A stretch of DNA of 64,000 nt. Source: Hyaloraphidium curvatum SAG 235-1 (taxonomy: Eukaryota; Fungi; Monoblepharomycota). The notes under the pieces were generated by a model that had not been told where the DNA came from, ran no database searches, and was given only the letters and a program-made list of their open reading frames with translations. The DNA lies in contig JAIVFI010000014.1 in the NCBI GenBank assembly GCA_025558095.1, forward strand, positions 1-64,000, in the 5' to 3' direction. This document shows positions 33,645-43,378 of this stretch, in pieces (the first letter of the stretch is position 1; every line of letters starts with the position of its first letter). Position numbers and translations under genes: made by a program.

Positions 33645-35559
33645 ATGGCGGACGGGGTACCGAACGATGCCGCTAGGGACGGCCGGCGCCCGGTGCGCGT
33701 GGCCGTGGTCGGATCCGGGCTGTCGGGGCTCGCGGCGGCGCACCTGCTGTCGTCGCAGGGCGGCGCGTTTGCCGTCACGCTGTACGAGAAGGCGGCCGAG
33801 GTCGGCATGGACGCGGCGTCGGTCGACCTGAAGTGCTTCTGCGCGGGCTGCTCGGGCGATCCCGGGTCCGCGGAGGAACACGCGGTGCGGCGCATCGACG
33901 TGCCGATGCGCGGGATATACCCGCAGTGGTACACCTACGTCTGCGCGCTGTACGACCACATCGGCGTGCCGTACGCGCCCGTCGGCTCGGGCTCTTCTTT
34001 CTCCGTGCGGTACGCTTCGGCGGAGGAGGCGGCGGGCTCCAACCGAGGGGCGGGTCAGGCACCGGTTCCGCCGAAGAGCGGTCAGGAGGCGGCAGCAATT
34101 GCCAAACCGCCTTTAAGACCCTCGAAAGGCGATGACTCGGATGCCGAGTCGACGGTCGCTGCCAGCGATCCCTCCTCGGACGCCGAGACGGAACCGGCAG
34201 ATGCCCACGATGTTGCCGACCCCGCGGCCTCCCCCATCGTGCCTGTCTGGGCCTCGGACACCTTCCGCCTCCTCGGCGTCGAGGTTTTTCTCCCGAGCCC
34301 CTCCTCGTTGCCCTCCATTTACACCCTGCTCGACCCGCGGAACTACCTCTGGGCCGCCCGCGCCGGTTACTCTGCGCTCCGGACACTGTGGCAATGGTAC
34401 CGCGTGATGCGGAGCGCCAGGGACCTGCGTGCCGCGGGCCAGTTAGGCAAGGTGGAAGGGACCATCGGGGAGTGGCTCGCGCGGGAAGGATTCGACGACG
34501 CCTTTGTGGGGACGGTGTTCCTGCAGGGCATGGGGAGCATTTGCACCTGTACCATCGACGACGTGGCCGCGTATCCGGCGAGGGACATTTTGGGTGAGAA
34601 TCTCTTGCTTGCGGGGCGCAACGTCGACTTATGCTGTGTTTGCAGACTTCTTTGCCCCACGGACGCGGGCGACGGGCTGGTTGCGGTATCCGCTCTTCCG
34701 GCCTACGGACCACAACTTCCACTTTGTGCAATGCGGCATTCGCGAGGTCTGCTCGCGCCTGACGGCCCCCGTCGAGCGGGTCCTCGTCGGCACCGGAATC
34801 GCGAGGCTCGAGTTTATCGGCACTCCCTCTGACCCGCGCTGGCTCGTCGAGGACGACCGAGGCGGCCGCGAAGAGTACGACGCCGTGATCATCGCCACGC
34901 AAGCCCACCAGGCCGCCCGCATCCTCCGCGCCTCCCCCCAACGGGACCCCGCCGCCGCCGCGCAGCTCGCCCGTCTCGCCTCCCTCCTCGGCACGGTGCG
35001 CTACGTCCGCTCGCTCGTCGCCGTGCACTCGGACCCCTCCCTCCTCCCCCCGCGCCCGGCATGGCGCTCCATGAACTTCGTCGTGCACAACCGCCACTCC
35101 CCCGCCGAAACGCCCACCCGCACCTCCCCGGGGCAGGTCGCCGTCGCCGATCCCATCGTCCCCACGGATGCCATCACCGGCTCGCACTGGCTCAACCATA
35201 CCTTCCCCCACCTCGGCGCCCGCCCGCACTTCCAGACCTGGAACCCGCACCCCTTGCCCCGCCCCGAGCTGACGAGCTCGCTGACCTGGTTCGACCGCGC
35301 GCTGGTGACCACTTCCTCCTCGGCGGCCATTGACGCCCTTGACGAGCTGCAAGGGCAGCTGGGGATCGGGATCGCGGGGAGCTACGCGTGGCCGGGAATA
35401 CCGTTGCTGGAGGGGTGCGTGCGGAGCGCGGCGAGGTGCTGCGCCGAGATAGCCAGGTCGAGGGGGATGGAAGTCAGGGCGGGGTGGCTGCCGGGGGGTT
35501 GGGAGGCGTGGGCGGACGGGAGGGGGTTGGGGGAAAGGTACTTTGCCGGGCAGGCTTAG
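33645..35559 (+). CDS. FAD-dependent oxidoreductase (flavin amine oxidase-like); intron 34594-34645
   Basis: VAVVGSGLSGLAAA, TLYEK, IDVPMR, YDAVIIATQA, AGSYAWPGIPLLEGCVRSA. Confidence 0.85.
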
Positions 35560-35787
35560 TTGGGGGTCGTGGAGGGAAACGAGGACGGCGGATGTAGGAT
35601 GGGGCAGAAGGAGGAGGAAGGACATAATGTAGTAGACGTCGGAAGAACGTGGTGGAGCGCAATGCGAGCCCAGTGTGGTACAATTCGTCCTTCTCGGAAT
35701 GCCGTGCTTGGCCTCCTCTGAAGAATGCCAACGAAGTCAAGGAAAGTCGGCTTTTCGGACCGGATTTACTCACCACTGCCCGTTGCT

Positions 35788-36069
35788 TCACTGCTTGGTG
35801 GCGGCGTACGTGGTCCCCGCAATGAGCAGCAGCGCCGTGCCGAGCGCGACCTTGTCCTCCCTCTTGGCCACCATCCCCGACAGCAGCCCCACCATCAGGT
35901 TCACCGAGAGCGACCTGGGGACGTACTGCGGCGCGGCGAGCGAGGCGACCGCGGCCACGTCCACCGCCGCGAGCCACGGCTTTTCTCCGGCGGTCTGGGT
36001 GGCGTGGTACGCGATGTAAGCGGCGGCGGGGATGATGGGACCCCAGGTGGCGAGGTCGATGTTGGACAT
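35788..36069 (-). CDS. Small membrane protein (93 aa)
   Basis: ATG-started ORF, 3-4 short hydrophobic segments, GC3 bias. Confidence 0.6.
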   Translation of the reverse strand: MSNIDLATWGPIIPAAAYIAYHATQTAGEKPWLAAVDVAAVASLAAPQYVPRSLSVNLMVGLLSGMVAKREDKVALGTALLLIAGTTYAATKQ

Positions 36070-36270
36070 GGCGCTGGTGCCGCGGAGGAGCGGGGCGAAT
36101 GGAGGGCGCGTCGGGGTGAGTCAAGGGGTCTCGGGCCGGAAGGAAACGCGGCCGTGGCACGCACTCAGATATTATGGAGTAGTATCAAATTAATTCGGGC
36201 TGGAATGAGGTGCGGAGCGTCGTTGGCGCGGCGCCGGAGAAACGGTTGAAGACCAGAGTGGCGTTTCTGA

Positions 36271-37325
36271 GAGGGGCCAACGACATGCGCCCGCCGTACG
36301 CTCCCTGCGGACGCCAGTTTCTTCGCCCAGCCGGTCTGGCACGGCCTGCAGAGCGACCTTACGCGTCTCGAGGACCAGCGCCGCCTCGCGGCTCTGATTG
36401 CCTTGCAACCCGCCACTTCCGCTGGTCTGGAGCGCCGCAAGCGGCTCGTCCAGGCGCAGGACGGCCTGTCGGCTTTCCTGACTGCCTCTCCCGCGCTGCT
36501 TGCCAACCACATTCGCAACAACTTTTTCCGCTTACTTGTACGCTTCCGGCTTTGCCTCCCGCTCCTGCACGAGGCCGACTACCCTGGTCTTTCCTTGCCC
36601 TGCCGCGGGGCTGCAAGCGATCGGCCATGTCGCTGACGGGGGAGCACGCGTTCTCGGGCTGCTATGGCCGGGATCTCTTCAGTCCTGGTCACGACGACAT
36701 TTGCGCGGCCATCCGCGCGGCGCTTCGCTCCATCCCGCTCCTCCGCGTGCACCCCATGCCGCCAAACCTCCTTGCGCATGGCTACGAGACTGTCACCCCG
36801 CCCACGCCTGCGGATGCTGGCCGCCTTGGCGACGTTCTCATCACGCACCGCGAAACCCGGAAACGGTGGTTGCTCGAGATCAAGACCCTCACCTCTATGG
36901 CCCATTTGCACACGGGCCTGGTCTTCTCGGTCCCGGGCCACGCAGTCGGACGGCGGGTCGAGGCCGCCAGGAAGGACTACTCCCGTTTCGTCTTCAACGC
37001 CAACTTCTACCCTCTGATCGTGCTTGCTTTTGATTCGTACAGCGCTGTCTCTGCCACTTTCTCGCGCTTCTCCTCGGAGATGGGGCGCATCCAGTATCCC
37101 GGGATCGTCGGCCGCGATGGGCAGCCCGTGGACCTCGATGGCCTTTACTCTCGTTTTGTGCGGCGCTTCCGCGAACGGATCGCGGTGGCCTGGGCTCTTG
37201 GCGTCGCGGCCCAACTCCAACACTGGCTTCAGCTGTGCACCGAAGCCGCCGCTGTCAACGCTCCGGCCCCCGCGCCGGTCGCATTTGGTTTGAATGTAGA
37301 TGAGGAGCTGATTCTTGGGGCGTAG
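36271..37325 (+). mobile_element. 5'-truncated, frameshifted remnant of an REL-endonuclease non-LTR retrotransposon (CRE/Cnl1-like)
   Basis: AFLTASP..NNFFRLLVRFRLCLP, CCHC knuckle C..C-x9-H-x4-C split by a frameshift at the G run 36607-36610, GHDDI, RLGDVLI..LLEIK, RKDY, FYPLIVLAFDS, RERIAVA; more T-ending codons than host genes; no RT domain. Confidence 0.72.
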
Positions 37326-37434
37326 GGGGATTTCTAAGTGTACGGTGGGATTGCTAGCTCCTCATTACACACGACATGCGCTGCTATGCAGTGCCACGAG
37401 AAGCAGAGCCAATCTTTGGTTAATTTGCTCCTCC

Positions 37435-38127
37435 ATGAGTTCTTCAATGGCATTACCCGGGCTGCGCACTGGTCCCGGCCCCGTGGAGCACTTCGGCATC
37501 CGGTGCTTCTTCCCGTCGGACTACGAGATGTACGGGAACCTCTACGACATGGAGTCATGTGACAGGAAGACCGCGTGGGTCTGGACTTCCGTCTTTGTCA
37601 AACGGCTCGGTGACTTTGAGGGCATGTTTGCTATGGCGGTCGTTCCGACCGAAGTGCTGCACCCCGCCGCCAGAAACGCCGAGCTGGACGAGATGCGCAC
37701 GAGGAGCCTCCTCGTCTACACACGGACGGCCTACGAATCCTATACCTCGGAGACCAATCTCGTGTGCCGCTGCGGGAGGGAGTGCACGACGGCCTCCAAC
37801 ATGCCCGTCAGCGCCTGGCTCTCGGGTATACGGGTCGGACTGATCTCTTTTCCGAGCTGCTCGCCGCCCGGAACCGCGTGCTTCCGCCGTGCGTACGAAA
37901 GGCTCCGGCTGCACGAGCGCAAGACCCATCAGACCGCGCTGATTTCCGAGGCCTCCTTCGCCCGGGGCTGCCTGGTCAGCACCTTCGACCGCAAGGCAGA
38001 CTTCCGGCAGTGCTCTCGGTGCAAGGCCGCAATCTACTGCTCGCTCGAGTGCCACAGGAGGAACTGGAAGGCGCGCAAGCAGCTGTGCGAGCCGTTTGTG
38101 CCGAGGAGGAGGGGTACTTCCCCATAG
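37435..38127 (+). CDS. Protein with C-terminal MYND-type zinc finger (partly degenerate)
   Basis: CSRCKAAIYCSLECHRRNWKARKQLC. Confidence 0.72.
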   Translation: MSSSMALPGLRTGPGPVEHFGIRCFFPSDYEMYGNLYDMESCDRKTAWVWTSVFVKRLGDFEGMFAMAVVPTEVLHPAARNAELDEMRTRSLLVYTRTAYESYTSETNLVCRCGRECTTASNMPVSAWLSGIRVGLISFPSCSPPGTACFRRAYERLRLHERKTHQTALISEASFARGCLVSTFDRKADFRQCSRCKAAIYCSLECHRRNWKARKQLCEPFVPRRRGTSP

Positions 38128-38272
38128 GGCGGCGCAACGAAGATGGGGCCAGAGAGTGAAAGATCCTTCGTCTCTGTTTCAATATCGTCATACCCATGAT
38201 TCGTGAGCATGCATAGGAACACTCCATCCCTCGGATGCACGGCCAACAATTCTGCGCGGCCCTCCACCCCCT

Positions 38273-39793
38273 TCAATCCGCACTATGGCACACGTTCCCC
38301 ACCGAGAAGCCCACCCCCAGCCCCCTCAGCAGCCCAAACAGCGCCACCACGACCGTCAGCACCGTCGCCGCCGCCGTCCGGATCACCCCCATGGTCACTG
38401 GCACCCCCGCCACCTTTGCGCGGAGGTGCCCCGCCTCGGCGATCGCCTGGTCCAGCACGGCTTCGGTGTCCTGTATCTTCAGGCGGAGCTCCGGCGCACG
38501 GGGACCGAGGTCGAGGAGCAGGGAGCGCAGGCGGGATCGCGCGGCGAGGTGCAGCGAGACGAGCGCGTCGACCTTGCCGTTGGCGCTGGCGACGGTGGCC
38601 AGGTCGACGACGGAGATGGAGAACCACAGCGCGAGGCCGAGGATGCACCAGAGGGGGAGGCAGGAGGAGCCGGCCACGTAGGTGATGGCGGAGAGGAGCT
38701 CGACGAGGAGGACGCCGCCGGTGAAGGAGCGCATGCGGCGGTAGGTGGCGAAGCGTTCCCGGAGGGTGGGCGCCAAGGCGCGGTCCAGGGTCGTGTGGAG
38801 GTCGCCGACGGGCGGCATGGTGGTGTTCGCCTGGTCCGAGTCCGACGCCGCGACAGCGGCCTCGAAGCGCTCGACGAGGGAGCCCAGCGCAACAGAGAAG
38901 GCCCTCATTTCGAGGCGGTTCTCGACGGCGAGAATCGGCAGCGTCTTGACCGTGCTATCAAAGATAATGCCTACCAAAGGGAGATACGTGCCCCAAAGGG
39001 CCAACGTTATGCCGGCCACAGCCGCGCTCCACGCCGTCGTCCAGGTGCTGGCTGCGAGGGTCACCAGCTGCGTGTAGCATTGGAAAATGATGATGGACGT
39101 CCACCAGCCAATAAAGACGGCGCTCTTCGCCAGGATGGTGGATGCCAAGATGCGCGGGGGCTCGGTCCCGAGGCAGCCGGGCCTCGTGCACGGACACCAC
39201 CTGTCGCGTTCGCGATGCTCCAGGAGCACACCACCGCCGTCCTCCGATGCGAGCTGGAACCACCGGGCTATCTGTGCCAGATCGTCGTAGTCCATCGTGT
39301 CCGAAGGCCCCGCCTCATCCTCGCGGTCTCCCTTCGTGTCCCCGTCCGCAAAGTTTCCGCGCTGCATGTCGGCCTGGTACCGCGTGTCGACGATCCCGGT
39401 CACGGTGCCCCACGCGATCGTCAGGATCTGCCACAGCGCGACGGCAACGGTGCTCGCGACGAGCTGCCGCGTTCCGAAGGTGCCCCGCCCAAAGGCCCAC
39501 GGAACGGATAGGAGGGCGAGCTTCGACGCGCCCCCGAGCACCATGTGCGCGTACGTGTACTTTGCGTATGGAGCGAGTGCGGCGCGCATTTTCGCGTATC
39601 GCCTGAGCGGCGGGTAGGGCGACAGCAGCGCCGCCAGTCTCGAGGCCGTCAGCGGATCCTCGCGGCGCAGGGCGGCGGCGGGGTCCGGCGCCGGCGGGGC
39701 CGCCCACGCCGGGAGTCTGTTCGGCGGAGGACGCGCGGGGAGGAGCGCCAGCCATTCCAGCGGCGTGAAGCGGGGCGGGTCGGGGTGGGCCAT
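38273..39793 (-). CDS. Multi-pass (~7 TM) membrane protein, family copy 1
   Basis: 506-aa intronless ORF with about 7 hydrophobic segments; collinear paralogue at 40323-41831. Confidence 0.85.
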   Translation of the reverse strand: MAHPDPPRFTPLEWLALLPARPPPNRLPAWAAPPAPDPAAALRREDPLTASRLAALLSPYPPLRRYAKMRAALAPYAKYTYAHMVLGGASKLALLSVPWAFGRGTFGTRQLVASTVAVALWQILTIAWGTVTGIVDTRYQADMQRGNFADGDTKGDREDEAGPSDTMDYDDLAQIARWFQLASEDGGGVLLEHRERDRWCPCTRPGCLGTEPPRILASTILAKSAVFIGWWTSIIIFQCYTQLVTLAASTWTTAWSAAVAGITLALWGTYLPLVGIIFDSTVKTLPILAVENRLEMRAFSVALGSLVERFEAAVAASDSDQANTTMPPVGDLHTTLDRALAPTLRERFATYRRMRSFTGGVLLVELLSAITYVAGSSCLPLWCILGLALWFSISVVDLATVASANGKVDALVSLHLAARSRLRSLLLDLGPRAPELRLKIQDTEAVLDQAIAEAGHLRAKVAGVPVTMGVIRTAAATVLTVVVALFGLLRGLGVGFSVGNVCHSAD

Positions 39794-40322
39794 GTTCGCG
39801 AGGGAAACGGGGAACGGGGCATCCTCTCCTCGAACGCCTTTCCGCCGCCCTCAACTCCGAAGCAAGGGACCAGCCCATCCATCCGCAAGTCCAAGGCAGG
39901 GACTCCCTCTGCTTCTCATCCGCAGCACCGATCCGGCAGCGGTTCCCCACGACCGAGTCAGACCTTCGCAGCAGGGCAGTCTAGGCAACATTGCAATGCG
40001 AGGAGGGGACGGTCGAAATCGCGGCGAGGTTGATGGAGCCGATGGATCACCCCTTTAGTCCTTTACTTCGAATGGAAGGCGGTACAGCGTGATGAGGCCT
40101 GACGATAAGGTCTTTTCGAGGGCAGTGGGGTTTGGACGCAGAGCGTTACAGGATCGGTCTTGCGGATGATGAACGAGGGGAATACGTTGCGTCGGAAATA
40201 TCGGATTGTATCCGTGCTTACCGATGTTCGCGATTGCCTAACCGAACACGGGCGGAAGCGTGTATAATGGCCCGGGAGAAGCGGACTGACGTGCGGATGG
40301 AGGGAGGGACGCCCGTTCAAAC

Positions 40323-41831
40323 ATGGAGGCCCACCCGCCCCGCTTCACGCCACTGGAATGGCTCGCCCTGCTCCCTGCGCGACCCCCACCGACCAGACTT
40401 CCCGTGTGGGCGGCCCCGCCGGCGCCGGACCCCGCCGCCGCCCTCCGCCGCGAGGACCCGCTGACCGCGTCCCGGCTGGCGGCCCTGCTGTCTCCCTATC
40501 CCCCGCTCCGCCGATACGCCCAAATCCGCGCCCTTGCGGCGCCCTACGCAAGGTACACGTACGCGCACATGCTCCTGACGGGCGCGTCCAAGCTCGCGCT
40601 GCTCTCCGTGCCGTGGGCGTTCGGGCCGGGGACGTTCGGCACGCGGCAGCTGGTCACCGGCACCGTCGCCGTCGCGCTGTGGCAAATCCTGATGCTCGCG
40701 TGGGGAACGGTGACCGGGATCATCGACACGCGGTACCAGGCGGACGTCCAGCGCGGGACGTTCGCCGGCGGGGATGGGAAACTCGACCGGGAGGACGGGC
40801 CCGCGCCCGACGCGATGGACCACGACGACCTGGCGCAGATCGCCCGGTGGTTCCAGCTCGCCTCCCTGGACGCCGCCTGCTTGCTTTTGGAGCACCGCGA
40901 GGGCGACAGGTGGTGCCCCTGCACGAGGCCGGGCTGCCTCGGCAAGCAGCCCCCGCGCATCGTGGCCTGCGCCGTGCTGGCGAAGACCGCCTTCCTCCTG
41001 TGTTTCACGGCGGCGTTCGTGGTGTTCCAGTGCTACACGCAGCTGGTGACCCTCGGCGCGAGCACCTGGACGACCGCATGGAGCGCCGCACTGGCCGGCA
41101 TCTTCTTGGTCATTTTGGGCACGTACGTCCCCATGATATCCCTCATCGTCGAAGTCACCGTCAAGACGCTACCGATACTCGCCGTCGAGGGCCGCCTGGA
41201 GATGCGCGCCTTTTCCATGGCCCTGGGATCCCTCGTCGAGCGCTTCGAGGCCGCCGTCCGGGCGGCCTCGGACCAGAACAGCACCCTACCCCCCGTCGAC
41301 GACCTCCACACCACCCTGTACCGCGCCCTCGCCCCCACCCTCCGCGAACGCTTCGCCACCTACCGCCGCCTGCGCTCCTTCTCGGGCGGCGCCCTCCTCG
41401 TCGAGCTCCTCGCCGCAATCACCTACGTCGCCGGCGCCTCCTGCCTCCCCCTGTGGTGCATCCTCGGCTTCGCCCTCTGGTTCGCCATCTCGGTCGTCGA
41501 CCTGGCCACCGTCGCCCGGGCCAACGGCAAGGTCGACGCCGTCGTGTCGCTGCACCTCGCCGCGCGATCCCGCCTCCGCTCCCTGCTCCTCGACCTCGGT
41601 CCCCGTGCACCCGAACTCCGCCAGCGCATGCAGGATACCGAAGCCGTGCTGGACCAGGCGATTGCCGAGGCCGGGAACCTCCGCGCAAAGGTGGCGGGGG
41701 TGCCCGTGACCATGGGGGTCATCAGAACGGCGGCGGCGACGGTGCTGACGGTCGTGGTGGCGCTGTTCGGGCTGCTGAGGGGGTTGGGGGTCGCGTTTAC
41801 GGTGGAGAGCGTGTGTCCGGGGGCGGATTGA
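40323..41831 (+). CDS. Multi-pass (~7 TM) membrane protein, family copy 2
   Basis: 502-aa ORF alignable end to end with 38273-39793. Confidence 0.85.
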   Translation: MEAHPPRFTPLEWLALLPARPPPTRLPVWAAPPAPDPAAALRREDPLTASRLAALLSPYPPLRRYAQIRALAAPYARYTYAHMLLTGASKLALLSVPWAFGPGTFGTRQLVTGTVAVALWQILMLAWGTVTGIIDTRYQADVQRGTFAGGDGKLDREDGPAPDAMDHDDLAQIARWFQLASLDAACLLLEHREGDRWCPCTRPGCLGKQPPRIVACAVLAKTAFLLCFTAAFVVFQCYTQLVTLGASTWTTAWSAALAGIFLVILGTYVPMISLIVEVTVKTLPILAVEGRLEMRAFSMALGSLVERFEAAVRAASDQNSTLPPVDDLHTTLYRALAPTLRERFATYRRLRSFSGGALLVELLAAITYVAGASCLPLWCILGFALWFAISVVDLATVARANGKVDAVVSLHLAARSRLRSLLLDLGPRAPELRQRMQDTEAVLDQAIAEAGNLRAKVAGVPVTMGVIRTAAATVLTVVVALFGLLRGLGVAFTVESVCPGAD

Positions 41832-41968
41832 GGGGCTGGGCTGGTTTCGGGCGTGGCATAATCTGTACCACCAACGGTGACGGACCCTGGCCGACAATAC
41901 CCTCCTTTTGCACTACGGCTGCAAATTCAGCATCAAACCACTTCATCCGATCCAATCCATTCCCTTCG

Positions 41969-43216
41969 TCAACCGCAGTACCGATCCGGCAACGGCCCCC
42001 CCTTCCGCCCCTGCACAGCCCGCAGGAGCACCTCCCTGTTCCTCCGCATCACGCACCCCCTGGCTTTCTCCAGCGCCCCCAGCACCGCCGGGTAATCTGC
42101 GCGTTCCAGCGCCCGCGCGGCGCCCTCCACCGTGCCGTCCTCGCTCCGCAGCGTCGCTTCCGCCGGGAGGTAAGCGTACGTCCGGAGGAGCTCGGCGGAG
42201 GCGACCAGCGGCGTCAGGGCGATCAGCGACGCCGGCACCGTCGACGAGGATTTCATCCTCGCGTAGCTCCGCCCGTCCGGGCCCAGCGGGGTGAAGGCCG
42301 GGAGCAGCGCGACGCCCGCCGCGATCTCGCCGTAGAACTCGGGGTAGTCCGCCGGGTCCGCCGCGAACGGCGCCACGATGCGGCCCGAGGAGAGGAGATC
42401 CGGCGGGAGCGGGACGTGGCCCATCGAGTTGGGCGGCTCGGCGGTTCCCAGGAGGCGGATGGGGAGCAGCGGGCTGCCGGCGGGGATTTCCCGCGCGCCG
42501 GAAAAGACGGGGGGGTAATCCCGCCGCCTGGCATCCAGTTTGCCCTGCACGACGAGGCCACTGCGTTGTTCCAGCCCGCGGCCGGGGTCGATGGCGGGGG
42601 AGGCGGTGACGAAGTAGTCCACGGAATCGGCGCCGGGCAGGCCGAGGCGGAGCATGTCGGCGCGGACCGCGGCGGCGGTGTGCGGGCCGACGGTGAGCAC
42701 CGTCGCGGGCTGGAACCTCCGCAGGAGCTCCCCCGCCCTGGGCGAGGAGGAGAAGGTGTCCGCGTTGTGGATGAGGAACACGGAGCGGAGCTTGCCCGTC
42801 GCCGTGCACTTTGCCAGCGCCTCGACCTGGTCGCCGAAGAACGTCGGATGCCGCGCGTCGAAGGGGGCGGTGCCGAATATCGCCACGTCGAAGTCGCACG
42901 AGCGGTTGTAGAAGTCGCGGTATTGGAGCGTGCGGCCCGAGAACCAGGGCGCGGTGACCGAGCCGATGCCGAACGACGGCGGGCGGCGGAACAGGAGGGT
43001 CTCCGGGGGCTCGTCGAAGGTGGACAGCGAGTACAGCAACGCGGCGTAGCCGTTCTGATGCCATCTGTTGCCGTTGACCACGGCGACGTGCGGCCGGGGC
43101 GGAGCGGCCGGGGTGGCGGGCGGCGGCGCCGGGCCGCGGACCGAAAACACACCGGCCGCGATGGCCAAAACGGCGGCGACCGCGCGGAGGACGCGGCGGC
43201 GCGGGATCGGCGGCAT
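41969..43216 (-). CDS. Type II membrane putative glycosyltransferase-like protein A, copy 1
   Basis: Basic N-terminus plus TM; alternating beta/alpha pattern, VVQGKLD.RRRDY, LLPAF, KSSSTVPASLIALTPLV; conserved paralogue at 51046-52260; family assignment tentative. Confidence 0.65.
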   Translation of the reverse strand: MPPIPRRRVLRAVAAVLAIAAGVFSVRGPAPPPATPAAPPRPHVAVVNGNRWHQNGYAALLYSLSTFDEPPETLLFRRPPSFGIGSVTAPWFSGRTLQYRDFYNRSCDFDVAIFGTAPFDARHPTFFGDQVEALAKCTATGKLRSVFLIHNADTFSSSPRAGELLRRFQPATVLTVGPHTAAAVRADMLRLGLPGADSVDYFVTASPAIDPGRGLEQRSGLVVQGKLDARRRDYPPVFSGAREIPAGSPLLPIRLLGTAEPPNSMGHVPLPPDLLSSGRIVAPFAADPADYPEFYGEIAAGVALLPAFTPLGPDGRSYARMKSSSTVPASLIALTPLVASAELLRTYAYLPAEATLRSEDGTVEGAARALERADYPAVLGALEKARGCVMRRNREVLLRAVQGRKGGPLPDRYCG

Positions 43217-43378
43217 CGGTGGGCCTTTGCTCGCCGGGCGAAAGCGGTGCAACAATGGGCGGCGGCCGGCGGCCGCCCGGACCCGTTGCCCGCACGAATC
43301 GGCCCTTACAAACAAACCGCCTACTGCCGGCAGATTAGTGGACAGGGAAATGGTTTCCGAGCACGCAAAATCCCGGCG

